In this document: in pieces, positions 31,374-45,383 of the stretch
Position numbering within the stretch: position 1 is the stretch's first letter
Layout: each line of letters begins with the position of its first letter
Source of the DNA: Bacteroidota bacterium
GTDB lineage: Bacteria; Bacteroidota; Bacteroidia; Chitinophagales; Chitinophagaceae
Length of the DNA stretch: 64,000 nt
Assembly (NCBI GenBank): GCA_030706735.1
Contig: JAUZNZ010000014.1
Location: forward strand, 54,629 to 118,628
Reading direction: 5' to 3'
Notes under the pieces: generated by a model
What the model saw: only the letters and a program-made list of their open reading frames with translations
Told to the model about the DNA's origin: nothing
The model's database searches: none
Position numbers and translations under genes: made by a program

Positions 31374-32771
31374 TCACAAATATTCCCTCACGTCGGTAAT
31401 TTCTCCCGTAATGGCCGCTGCCGCAGCCGTAAGGGGGCTGGCCAGCAGAGTGCGGGCATTCGGCCCCTGCCGGCCTTCGAAATTCCGGTTGGAGGTCGAA
31501 ATGCAATATTTCCCCGCGGGGATCTTGTCTTCGTTCATGCCCAGGCACGCCGAGCAGCCGGGTTGCCGCAGCCGGAATCCGGCCGCTTCGAATACCTTGT
31601 CGATGCCCTCCTCGATCGCCTGCTTTTCGACCTGTTTGCTCCCGGGTACGATCCATACTTCCACGTGATCCGCTTTTTTCCGGCCCTTCACGAAGGAGGC
31701 GACCATGCGCAGGTCCTCGATCCGGGAATTGGTGCAGCTGCCGATGAATACATAGTCGACTTTCTTCCCTTTGATGGCCGATCCGGCCTGCAGACCCATA
31801 TAGGCCAATGATTTGATGTAGGACGGTTTCTCCTTTTCGCCGATCTCCGATTCCGCCGGGATATGGCCGCTGATGCCCACTCCCATGCCGGGATTGGTGC
31901 CGTACGTGATCATCGGTTCAATGGCCGCGGCGTCGATCAGGATCTCCTTGTCGAAACGCGCCCCTTCATCGGAATAGAGCGTGGACCATTTGCTGACCGC
32001 TGCGTCCCATGCCGCGCCGGTTGGCGCAAATTGCCGCCCTTTCAGATAGTCGAATGTAGTCTGGTCGGGAGCGATCATGCCGCCGCGCGCGCCCATCTCG
32101 ATGCTCATGTTGCAGATGGTCATGCGGGCCTCCATGGAGAGCCCCCGGATCGCCGAGCCCGCATATTCCACGAAATAACCCGTCGCGCCGCTGGCGGAGA
32201 TGGCGGAAATGATATAAAGGATGATGTCCTTGGATACCACGCCTTTATTGAGGCGGCCTTCGACATTGATGCGCATGAGCCTGGGCTTGCTTTGCAGCAA
32301 ACATTGCGTCGCCATGACCATTTCGACCTCGCTGGTCCCGATGCCGAAAGCAATCGCGCCGAAGGCCCCGTGGGTGGAGGTATGGCTGTCTCCGCAAACG
32401 ATCGTCATGCCCGGCTGCGTTATGCCCAGCTCCGGCCCGATGACATGGACGATGCCCTGGTAAGGGTGGCCCAGGCCGAACAGTTCGATATCGTGCCGTT
32501 GGCAATTTTCGATAAGCTGCTGAACCTGAATGCGGGATAATTCGTCTTTGATCGGCAGGTGCTGATCGACGGTAGGAACGTTGTGATCCGCGGTGGCCAC
32601 GATCTGCCTGGGACGGAAGACGGGGAGCCCGCGTTTCTCCAGACCCTTGAAAGCCTGCGGGCTCGTGACCTCATGGATGAAATGCTTATCGATGTACAGC
32701 ACGGACGGCCCGCCGTCGATGGTGCGGATGATGTGATCGTTCCAGATCTTTTCGAATAGTGTCTTTGCCAA
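31374..32771 (-). CDS. leuC: 3-isopropylmalate dehydratase large subunit
   Basis: [47 protein letters not shown]. Confidence 0.97.
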   Translation of the reverse strand: MAKTLFEKIWNDHIIRTIDGGPSVLYIDKHFIHEVTSPQAFKGLEKRGLPVFRPRQIVATADHNVPTVDQHLPIKDELSRIQVQQLIENCQRHDIELFGLGHPYQGIVHVIGPELGITQPGMTIVCGDSHTSTHGAFGAIAFGIGTSEVEMVMATQCLLQSKPRLMRINVEGRLNKGVVSKDIILYIISAISASGATGYFVEYAGSAIRGLSMEARMTICNMSIEMGARGGMIAPDQTTFDYLKGRQFAPTGAAWDAAVSKWSTLYSDEGARFDKEILIDAAAIEPMITYGTNPGMGVGISGHIPAESEIGEKEKPSYIKSLAYMGLQAGSAIKGKKVDYVFIGSCTNSRIEDLRMVASFVKGRKKADHVEVWIVPGSKQVEKQAIEEGIDKVFEAAGFRLRQPGCSACLGMNEDKIPAGKYCISTSNRNFEGRQGPNARTLLASPLTAAAAAITGEITDVREYL

Positions 32772-32808
32772 TGGTCTGCTGTTTTTGAATTTCGGTTTCC
32801 CTCGCCTG

Positions 32809-33978
32809 CTATGCGTTTACGGTCGATCCGGAATAGGCCTTGGCCATTTGATGGAGATCTTCCTCCACGACCTCTTTCTTGTTATCGGCTATTTGTAAAA
32901 AGCGTTCGTACAACACGTCTATGTCGTTCCGGCTGTAGGGATAGCCGAGCCGGTGCAGACGGAAGGCCAGCGCGCTGCGCCCGCTCCTCGCGGTGAGCAC
33001 GATCTTGGAACCGTCGGCCCCCACCTCGTCGGGATTGATGATCTCATAGGTCGATGCATCTTTGAGAAAGCCATCCTGGTGGATGCCGGACGAATGCGAA
33101 AAGGCATTTGCGCCCACGATCGCTTTATTGGGCTGCACAGGCACGCGCATGGTATCCGATACGAGCCTGCTCATCGGGTTCAGCTCCTGTGTCCGTATGC
33201 CGGTATAGAACCCGAGGTGCTTGTGCTGGCGGATGACCATGACCACTTCTTCCAGGGAAGTATTCCCGGCCCGTTCGCCGAGCCCGTTGATGGTGCATTC
33301 GATCTGCCGGGCCCCATTCATGATGCCGGCGATGGAGTTAGCCGTCGCCAGACCCAGGTCGTTATGGCAATGACAGGAAATGACCGCCTTATCAATATTC
33401 TTTACATTGTTCATGAGGTAGGCGATCTTGTCGCCGTATTGATTCGGGAGACAATAACCGGTCGTATCCGGGATATTGACAACCGTGGCGCCGGCGGCGA
33501 TGACCCCTTCGATGACCCGCGCGAGGTAATCATTGTCGGTGCGGCCGGCATCCTCCGCGTAGAATTCGACATCGTCGACATAACTCTTGGCCCATTTCAC
33601 GGCCTGTATGGCGCGTTGGAGGATCTCCTCCCGGGTAGCGTTGAACTTACTTTTGATATGAAAATCCGACGTGCCGATGCCGGTATGGATGCGAGGGTGT
33701 TTTGCGTGCTTGAGGGCCCTTGCGGCCGTTTCAATGTCTTTTTCCACTGCGCGGCTCAAACCGCACACGGTGGCATTCCGGAGAATGCGCGAGATTTCGT
33801 CGACCGATTGGAAATCGCCCGGGCTGGATATAGGAAAGCCTGCTTCCAGGACGTCCACCCCGAGCGCCTCGAGTTGCAGAGCGATTTCGATCTTTTCCCT
33901 GCTATTGAGCTTACAACCGGGGACCTGTTCGCCATCCCGGAGCGTCGTGTCGAAAATGAAGATTTTTTTTTCAGGCAT
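32809..33978 (-). CDS. leuA: 2-isopropylmalate synthase, short form without the C-terminal regulatory domain
   Basis: [32 protein letters not shown]; about 389 aa from MPEKK; ends just after the accessory domain. Confidence 0.93.
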   Translation of the reverse strand: MPEKKIFIFDTTLRDGEQVPGCKLNSREKIEIALQLEALGVDVLEAGFPISSPGDFQSVDEISRILRNATVCGLSRAVEKDIETAARALKHAKHPRIHTGIGTSDFHIKSKFNATREEILQRAIQAVKWAKSYVDDVEFYAEDAGRTDNDYLARVIEGVIAAGATVVNIPDTTGYCLPNQYGDKIAYLMNNVKNIDKAVISCHCHNDLGLATANSIAGIMNGARQIECTINGLGERAGNTSLEEVVMVIRQHKHLGFYTGIRTQELNPMSRLVSDTMRVPVQPNKAIVGANAFSHSSGIHQDGFLKDASTYEIINPDEVGADGSKIVLTARSGRSALAFRLHRLGYPYSRNDIDVLYERFLQIADNKKEVVEEDLHQMAKAYSGSTVNA

Positions 33979-34150
33979 AGTGATAGGCGTAGTAATTTTG
34001 AAAAACAAGGATACCTTTAGGCCATACGTTCGAAATTACCCTTGTTCCAGTTCGTTATGAAATCATTATGAGGATGGTTTTACGCTGCGTAAGGGGGGCT
34101 AATTCGCCCGAAATCCTTTCCTGTCGCCACTTTTAAACCTAAAAATTACG

Positions 34151-35701
34151 ATGCCCAACCGATCGTCAGACGCCTTGTTCCAGTTGGTTAAATCCCTCGA
34201 AAAGTCGGAAAAACGCAACTTCAAGCTTTACGTCAAGCGGAACTCAACCAGTGAGGACCTGAAGATCATACAGTTATTCGATGCCCTGGATAAGATGGAG
34301 GGATACGACGAGGAGCAGTTGTTGAAACGGAACAAGTCGATAAAAAAGCAGCAGTTGTCGAACGCCAAAGCGCACCTTTATCGCCAGATCCTGTCCAGCC
34401 TGCGGCTGATCCATAATGAGGAAAATATTGATATTCAACTGCATGAGCAGCTGGACCATGCCCGCATCCTGTATAACAAAGGACTGTACCTGCAAAGCCT
34501 TAAGGTACTCGACCGGATAAAGGAGAACGCGAAGGCCAATAACCAGGTCACCTTTCTGCTGCAGGTGCTTTTCTTTGAAAAAAAGATCGAGGCGCTGCAC
34601 ATCACGCGAAGCATGCAGGATCGGGCGGACCGCCTGGCTGCCGAAGTCGACCAGGTGAATGAGGAACTCGGGTTGATGAGCAAACTCTCCAACCTGGCGC
34701 TGCAGCTATACAGCTGGTATATCCGTAACGGCCTGGCGCGTAATGAAAAGGATGAGATGGCGGTTCAGGAATTTTTCGAGACCCATATTCCTCCGGACCT
34801 GAGTCGCTGCGAAGGATTTTATGAGCGACTGTACCAGTATCAGAGCTTTTGCTGGTATGCGTTCATCCGCCAGGACTACCTCATGTACTACCGGTATACG
34901 CAGAAATGGGTCGATCTTTTCGACAAAGAACCCTTCATGATCGGCGTGGAAACGGCGCACTATATCAAGGGACTGCATAACCTGCTCAGTGCGCATTTCG
35001 ACCTGCAGAACTTTCAGAAGTTCGTGGAGATGCTGAATAAATTCGAGGAATTTTCCCACTCGGCGATCGTGATGCATAACCACAATAACCTGATCCAGAC
35101 CTTCATCTACTTGCATATCTCGAAACTGAACCGGCATTTCCTGGATGGCACGTTCACGGAGGGTTTGGCGCTGGTGCCGTATATCGAGGACAAACTGAAA
35201 GAGTTCGAGATCTACCTCGATCGTCACCGGATACTGGTCTTCTACTACAAGATCGCCTGTCTCTATTTTGGCAGCGGGGACTATGGCCGGACGATCGACT
35301 ATCTGAATAAGATCATCAACTGGCGGGTCGACCTGCGAACGGATCTCCAGTGTTATTCCCGGCTGCTGCACCTGATCGCCCACTATGAACTGGGTAATTT
35401 CCAGCTGCTCGAGTACCTCACAAAATCGGTCTATCGCTTCATGGCAAAAATGGGTAATCTCAGCCTGGTGGAGGAGGAGATATTCGCCTTCATACGCAAG
35501 TCTTTTTCCCTTTCGGCGGCCCAGATCCGGCCGGAATTCGAAAAGTTACTGGAAAAGTTGAGGACCTATGAGAAGAACCGCTTCGAGACCAGGGCCTTTG
35601 CCTACCTGGATATCATCTCCTGGCTGGAAAGCAAGATCCGGAACATCCCGGTGCAGGACGTGATCCGGGAGAAATACCTGACCGGGAACCGTCGCGCCTG
35701 A
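34151..35701 (+). CDS. uncharacterised 516-aa all-helical protein (basic N-terminal domain plus TPR-like repeats); candidate regulator
   Basis: Long ORF with genome-typical codon use; no signal peptide or TM segment; TPR-like segments such as YYKIACLYFGSGDYGRTIDYLNKII; divergent from leuA. Confidence 0.85.
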   Translation: MPNRSSDALFQLVKSLEKSEKRNFKLYVKRNSTSEDLKIIQLFDALDKMEGYDEEQLLKRNKSIKKQQLSNAKAHLYRQILSSLRLIHNEENIDIQLHEQLDHARILYNKGLYLQSLKVLDRIKENAKANNQVTFLLQVLFFEKKIEALHITRSMQDRADRLAAEVDQVNEELGLMSKLSNLALQLYSWYIRNGLARNEKDEMAVQEFFETHIPPDLSRCEGFYERLYQYQSFCWYAFIRQDYLMYYRYTQKWVDLFDKEPFMIGVETAHYIKGLHNLLSAHFDLQNFQKFVEMLNKFEEFSHSAIVMHNHNNLIQTFIYLHISKLNRHFLDGTFTEGLALVPYIEDKLKEFEIYLDRHRILVFYYKIACLYFGSGDYGRTIDYLNKIINWRVDLRTDLQCYSRLLHLIAHYELGNFQLLEYLTKSVYRFMAKMGNLSLVEEEIFAFIRKSFSLSAAQIRPEFEKLLEKLRTYEKNRFETRAFAYLDIISWLESKIRNIPVQDVIREKYLTGNRRA

Positions 35702-35924
35702 GCAATAGGTTCGCCCGTAAACGGGCGTGCAGGAAACCGAACCTTATGTAACGTATTATAAATCAGGAAGTTGAAAAAAGTTCATTTCTTTGACCGGGGG
35801 CCCTCAGAGATGAATTTCACGGTGCCCCGGCCACCCGGGGCACGCCGCGTATTGCTGGGGATAATCAGGCCTTAACCGGGGAATATTAGCGGGAACCAAA
35901 ACACATTTTTTGTTGTTAATTCCG

Positions 35925-35933
35925 TACCTTTGC
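35925..35933 (+). promoter_or_regulatory. -7 promoter element TACCTTTGC upstream of rpoC
   Basis: Exact TAnnTTTG match about 100 nt before the ATG; no clear -33 element. Confidence 0.6.
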
Positions 35934-36034
35934 CCTCCTTAATTTGGGTACATTGACCTTCCGGCAATCGTGCTCATAAGCTAGGTCGCTGATATTCAGT
36001 AGAATAGCATAGAGTAAAAACCTCAAGTTGTAAT

Positions 36035-40330
<4,296 letters not shown>

Positions 40331-40352
40331 CACGTAACCATCACATAATCAG

Positions 40353-40395
40353 GAGGTCGTCCCGGGAAAAAAGCAGGGGCGACCTCTTCATTTTT
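40353..40395 (+). terminator. intrinsic terminator after rpoC
   Basis: 11-bp stem GAGGTCGTCCC/GGGGCGACCTC followed by TTCATTTTT. Confidence 0.8.
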
Positions 40396-40442
40396 AACAA
40401 TTTCCTTTACGCCAAAGCCATTAATTTGCAATAAATCCCTTG

Positions 40443-41033
40443 ATGAAGAGTATTTCTACCATTCTAAGCATTCTTTCCCTGCTATTGATCGGTGTGCTGT
40501 TCTATTTGCTGTTTAAACACACGGACGAGTTGAAGCAGATCTCCGCGCGCGAGAAGAAGACCTCGGCCAACGATTTCCGGATCGCTTATTTTGATATGGA
40601 CACGCTTTACGCCCACTACGCCTACTATAAGGACGCCCAGGCCGAAGCCAAGACGAAGGAAAATGAAATGAATGCGGAGTTGAGCGATATGGAAAAGAAG
40701 TACCAGAAAAAGATCGTGGAATGGCAGAAAAAAGGGAATACCATGACCCCGGCGGAGAACGAACAGGCGCAGCAGGAATATTCATTGATGCAGCAAACCT
40801 TTCAGAACCGCAAGGAGGCCTTGCAACAGGAGTTGTTTAAGAGTACGGAGGAGAAGCGCAACAGCCTTCGCAAACTCATCGAAGACTACGTGAAAGAGTA
40901 TAATAAACAGCGGAACTACTCCTTTATTTTCGCCTATGACCCAAGCTCCTTCATCTATTACCGGGATACCGTCTATAACATTACCTCGGACCTGCTTGAT
41001 GGGCTGAACCAGGCCTATAAAAGCAAGCATTAG
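40443..41033 (+). CDS. OmpH/Skp family outer-membrane chaperone
   Basis: N-terminal hydrophobic anchor, RIAYFDMDTL, long coiled coil, YSFIF...YNITSDLLDGLN. Confidence 0.85.
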   Translation: MKSISTILSILSLLLIGVLFYLLFKHTDELKQISAREKKTSANDFRIAYFDMDTLYAHYAYYKDAQAEAKTKENEMNAELSDMEKKYQKKIVEWQKKGNTMTPAENEQAQQEYSLMQQTFQNRKEALQQELFKSTEEKRNSLRKLIEDYVKEYNKQRNYSFIFAYDPSSFIYYRDTVYNITSDLLDGLNQAYKSKH

Positions 41034-41101
41034 GTTTTCACGGATGCTGCGGAATGCATTGATTTTCTTATCTTCCCCTTTCAATAATCCAATGCATCGC
41101 T

Positions 41102-42556
41102 ATGGCAGAAACGGCCTCCCAATCGACCCCGCATTTTAAGCCTTCGCTCGGGCTGCTCGACGGCACGATGATCGTCGCAGGCTCCATGATCGGTTCCGGT
41201 ATTTTCATCGTCAGCGCAGACATCACGAGGAATGTAGGCAGCGCAGGCTGGCTGATCTTCGTATGGGCGATCACCGGGTTCATGACCATCACCGCGGCGG
41301 TGAGCTATGGCGAGTTGAGCGGCATGTTTCCAAGGGCCGGCGGCCAGTATGTCTACCTGAAGGAGGCCTACAACCCCCTTACCGGATTTCTCTATGGCTG
41401 GAGTTTTTTTGCCGTGATCCAGACGGGCACCATCGCCGCCGTGGGAGTAGCCTTTTCGAAATTTGCCGGTTATTTCTGGCATCGGCTGGACCTGTTGCCG
41501 GAGAACGTCTTGCTGCAGGTCGGCACATTCAAACTCTATCCGGCCCAGTTGGTCTCGATCTTACTGATCATTTTCCTGACCTGGGTGAACACGCGGGGGA
41601 TCAGGTCGGGCAAGATCATTCAAACGTCATTCACCGTGGTCAAGCTGCTGTCGCTGTTCGGGCTGATCATCTTCGGCTTCCTGCTTGGGGCAAACCATCA
41701 TGTCTGGGAGTCCAACTGGACAAATGCCTGGGACATGCAGAAGCTAAGCCAGGCGGGTACCAGGGGGGGCCTCGACCTCATCGGCACGCCCGTCATCGGG
41801 CTCGCGGTGCTGGGCGCCATTGCCGCCTCCATGGTCGGCTCCATCTTCTCCAGCGATGCCTGGAATAATGTCACGTTCATAGCCGGCGAGATGAAGAACC
41901 CCAAACGAAATATCGGGATGAGCCTGTTTCTCGGCACCCTGATCGTTACGGTCATCTACGTGTCGGCCAATCTCATGTACCTGAGCGTTATGCCCCTCGA
42001 CGGGATCGCCTATGCCCCGCAGGAACGCGTGGCGGTCGCGGCATCAAGACTGATCTTCGGACACGTTGGCACCTATGTGATCGCGATCATGATCATGGTC
42101 TCCACGTTCGGTTGCAATAATGGACTTATCCTCGCCGGCGCCAGGGTCTATTATACCATGGCCCGGGACGGACTCTTCTTCAGACAGGCAGGCGCCTTGA
42201 ACAGGAATGCGGTGCCCGGATGGGCCCTCTGGGCACAATGCGTGGTCGCAGGCATCCTTTGCCTCAGCGGCAAATATGGCGACCTCCTCGACATGATCGC
42301 ATTCGTGGCCGTTCTCTTCTATGCGCTGACCGTCCTGGGCATCTTTGTCCTTCGCAAGCGGCGTCCCGACCTGGAGCGGCCCTACAAGGCTTTTGGCTAC
42401 CCGGTATTGCCTGCGATCTATATCCTGCTGGCGACGGTATTTTGCGTGGCGCTGATCATCCAAAAACCGGGTTACGCGGGTTGGGGCCTGGCGATCGTGC
42501 TGGCGGGCATACCTTTGTATTATATTGCAGGCAAAAAGTCGGGCCAATCGATATGA
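41102..42556 (+). CDS. APC-family amino acid permease
   Basis: GSMIGSGIF, GELSGMFPRAGGQYVYL, AGEMKNPKRN, RPYKAFGYP; about 12 TM segments. Confidence 0.92.
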   Translation: MAETASQSTPHFKPSLGLLDGTMIVAGSMIGSGIFIVSADITRNVGSAGWLIFVWAITGFMTITAAVSYGELSGMFPRAGGQYVYLKEAYNPLTGFLYGWSFFAVIQTGTIAAVGVAFSKFAGYFWHRLDLLPENVLLQVGTFKLYPAQLVSILLIIFLTWVNTRGIRSGKIIQTSFTVVKLLSLFGLIIFGFLLGANHHVWESNWTNAWDMQKLSQAGTRGGLDLIGTPVIGLAVLGAIAASMVGSIFSSDAWNNVTFIAGEMKNPKRNIGMSLFLGTLIVTVIYVSANLMYLSVMPLDGIAYAPQERVAVAASRLIFGHVGTYVIAIMIMVSTFGCNNGLILAGARVYYTMARDGLFFRQAGALNRNAVPGWALWAQCVVAGILCLSGKYGDLLDMIAFVAVLFYALTVLGIFVLRKRRPDLERPYKAFGYPVLPAIYILLATVFCVALIIQKPGYAGWGLAIVLAGIPLYYIAGKKSGQSI

Positions 42557-43542
42557 CGGATTTTAACAAGCTATTCGAATCGTTTGCGAAGATCAAGGCG
42601 GGGGTCATCGGGGACATCATGCTGGATACCTATTGGTGGGGACATGTCGAACGGATCTCGCCGGAGGCGCCGGTTCCCGTGGTCAGCCTGGACAAGAGAG
42701 AGCACCGGATCGGTGGGGCAGGTAATGTGGCATTGAATCTCGCCGGACTGGGCGCGCAGGTCGCCACCTTTTCAGTCATCGGTCCGGACGAAGAGGGCAA
42801 GATCCTCGAAGAACTCCTGCAACGGAATGGGATCGACACCCGTTGGCTGGAAAAGAGCGGCGTCCGCATCACGACCAATAAGGCCCGGATCATTAGCCGC
42901 AACCAGCAGATGATGCGTCTGGATTCCGAGACCACAGCGGATCTGTTGGAGAAGGAGGAGGACCTGCTGATCTCGCAGGTTTCGAAGTACCTCGCCCTCG
43001 AGAACCCCCAGGTCATCTTATTTGAGGATTATAATAAAGGCGTCCTTACGCCGCGCGTGATCCGCGAAGTGATCCGAATGTGCAAGGACCGCAACATCAT
43101 TACGGCCGTCGATCCCAAACGCAAGAATTTTTTTTCTTATCAGGGCGTCTCCATTTTCAAGCCCAACCTGAAAGAAGTGAAAGAAGGACTGAACCTGCTG
43201 CTTGACGATATTCAACTATCCAGCCTGCAGGACATTCACAGGCAATTGGGGGAAAAGCTGATGCATCGGATCTCCTTTATCACCTTGTCTGAAAAAGGGG
43301 TTTTTTACCAGACTCCGGACGAATCGGCGATCATCCCTTCCCATTTAAGGCATATCGCCGATGTATCTGGCGCCGGAGATACGGTCATTGCCGTGGCGGC
43401 GCTGGTCTACGCGGCGACCAGGGATCCGCGCCTGATGGCGGAGATCGCTAATATCGCAGGCGGCCTGGTCTGCGAGGAGGTTGGCACGGTCGCCGTGGAC
43501 CCCCTGAAACTGTTGAAGGAATGCGAACAACTGCTTAACTGA
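42553..43542 (+). CDS. PfkB-family heptose-7-phosphate kinase-like protein (RfaE1/HldE kinase domain)
   Basis: GDIMLDTY, RISPEAPVPV, GGAGNVA, DVSGAGDT; ATGA overlap with the permease stop. Confidence 0.88.
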   Translation: MTDFNKLFESFAKIKAGVIGDIMLDTYWWGHVERISPEAPVPVVSLDKREHRIGGAGNVALNLAGLGAQVATFSVIGPDEEGKILEELLQRNGIDTRWLEKSGVRITTNKARIISRNQQMMRLDSETTADLLEKEEDLLISQVSKYLALENPQVILFEDYNKGVLTPRVIREVIRMCKDRNIITAVDPKRKNFFSYQGVSIFKPNLKEVKEGLNLLLDDIQLSSLQDIHRQLGEKLMHRISFITLSEKGVFYQTPDESAIIPSHLRHIADVSGAGDTVIAVAALVYAATRDPRLMAEIANIAGGLVCEEVGTVAVDPLKLLKECEQLLN

Positions 43543-43561
43543 CCTCAAACAAACCTTATAT

Positions 43562-44509
43562 ATGTCACGCTTTACACTGGCCATACATGGCGGCGCCGGC
43601 ACGATCCTGAAGGAAGACATGACCCCCGAACTGGAGCAGGCCTACCTGCTGGCGTTGCAGGAGGCGCTGCATGCAGGATACGCCGTGCTCGAGGAGGGCG
43701 GATCGGCCATCAATGCGATCAAGGCGACCATCGTCATCATGGAAGACAATATATTGTTTAATGCAGGTCGCGGCTCGGTCTTTACCAAAAAGGGAGTGCA
43801 GGAAATGGATGCCGCCATCATGGACGGCAGAACGCTCGACGCCGGCGCCGTAACAGGCATCCGAAATATCCGGAATCCCATCGAACTGGCTACGGAAGTC
43901 ATGACCCATAGCAACCATGTTTTTCTCAGCGGGAAGGGCGCGAGCGACTTCGCGATCAAGCAGGGGGTAAAAATGGAACCTGATGAATATTTCTTCTCCC
44001 AGTTCCGCTATGATCAATGGAGAGCGATCCGCGATTCGGATGCCTATTCACTTGACCACACGCACCAGAAACTGGAAGAACTCATGAAGGATAAAAAGTT
44101 CGGCACGGTAGGAGCGGTCGCCTGCGACCGCCAGGGAAATATCGCCGCGGCTACGAGCACGGGCGGCATGACGAACAAAAAATACGGGCGGATCGGGGAC
44201 AGCCCCATGATCGGCTCCGGCACCTATGCCAACAACAACACCTGCGGGATATCATGCACGGGGCATGGGGAAATGTTTATCCGGACCGTCGCCGCGCATG
44301 ATGTCAGTTGCCTGATGGAATATAAGGGACTGAGCCTGGAAGAGGCGATGCGCATCGTCGTCGACGAAAAGCTCGTGGCGATCGGCGGAGAAGGGGGTAT
44401 GATCGGCGTGGACTCGAAGGGCAATGCGGCGCTGGTGTTCAACAGCCTCGGCATGTACCGCGGCGTCCGGAGCAGCGATGGTACGGATACCGTGGCGATC
44501 TATAAATAG
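43562..44509 (+). CDS. iaaA: isoaspartyl peptidase / L-asparaginase (Ntn hydrolase)
   Basis: AIHGGAG, FNAGRGS, autocleavage G-TVGAVA, TSTGG, RIGDSP, TGHGE. Confidence 0.93.
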   Translation: MSRFTLAIHGGAGTILKEDMTPELEQAYLLALQEALHAGYAVLEEGGSAINAIKATIVIMEDNILFNAGRGSVFTKKGVQEMDAAIMDGRTLDAGAVTGIRNIRNPIELATEVMTHSNHVFLSGKGASDFAIKQGVKMEPDEYFFSQFRYDQWRAIRDSDAYSLDHTHQKLEELMKDKKFGTVGAVACDRQGNIAAATSTGGMTNKKYGRIGDSPMIGSGTYANNNTCGISCTGHGEMFIRTVAAHDVSCLMEYKGLSLEEAMRIVVDEKLVAIGGEGGMIGVDSKGNAALVFNSLGMYRGVRSSDGTDTVAIYK

Positions 44510-45229
44510 ATGGGGATGAAAAAATATGCCGTTATAGTGGCAGGCGGTTCCGGCACGCGAATGGGCGCGGCTTCCCCGAAGCAGTTCCTCTTACTGCGGG
44601 GCAAGCCGGTGATCTGGCATACGCTCAGGGTCTTCCTGGATGCATTCGAAGACCTGGAGATCATTTTGGTATTACCTGAAGAATACAGGGAAGAGGGGCG
44701 GACGATCGCCGCTTCGACCGGCTCCGCGGAGCGCATCCGCATCACGGGCGGCGGGGCAACGCGGTGGCATTCCGTCCGGAACGGCCTGGGGGCTATCCCG
44801 GGACCGGTTGAAGAGCCTTCGGTGATCTTCGTACACGATGGGGTGCGCTGCCTGGTCCGAACAGCGCTTATCCGTTTATGTTATGATGAGGCGGTCCGAT
44901 GCGGTTCGGCGATCCCGGTAGTGGATTGCCCGGACAGCGTACGATTGATGGCGGCCGGCGGCGGTCTCAGCGAACCCGTCGATCGCCGCCGCGTGAAATT
45001 GGTGCAGACCCCCCAGACCTTTCTAAGCACCATGATCCGGCCGGCTTATGGCATGGATTACCAGGAGCGCTTTACCGACGAGGCTACGGTGGTCGAAGCG
45101 ATGGGTGGAAAGCTGCACCTCGTGGAAGGGGAGAGGGGCAATATCAAGATCACGACCCCTTTCGATATGATCCTGGCCGAAGGGGTCCTGGCAGCCAGGC
45201 CCGATCCAACCCGCCGCCCCTTGCCCTGA
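44510..45229 (+). CDS. ispD: 2-C-methyl-D-erythritol 4-phosphate cytidylyltransferase
   Basis: IVAGGSGTRM, PKQFL, VHDGVR, VQTPQ, TDEA, NIKITTP. Confidence 0.92.
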   Translation: MGMKKYAVIVAGGSGTRMGAASPKQFLLLRGKPVIWHTLRVFLDAFEDLEIILVLPEEYREEGRTIAASTGSAERIRITGGGATRWHSVRNGLGAIPGPVEEPSVIFVHDGVRCLVRTALIRLCYDEAVRCGSAIPVVDCPDSVRLMAAGGGLSEPVDRRRVKLVQTPQTFLSTMIRPAYGMDYQERFTDEATVVEAMGGKLHLVEGERGNIKITTPFDMILAEGVLAARPDPTRRPLP

Positions 45230-45383
45230 AGGGGCTACATTGACGGCTCGGGGGGTCAATCGGCGGTGGCGTCGCCGGCTTCCAATGGTAGTATTTTATC
45301 CCGTTTGCCCGAAAAAAGGGGCCGGTCATACTAGGGATTAGGCTTATTCGTTGTGATAAGGATCTAGTCAATCCAATATTGCT

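Noticed and set aside
33979-34150. Search for a Leu-rich leader peptide before leuA
   Set aside because: Only tiny ORFs (MIS*, MA*, and a 16-codon GTG ORF) were found, none with Leu runs.
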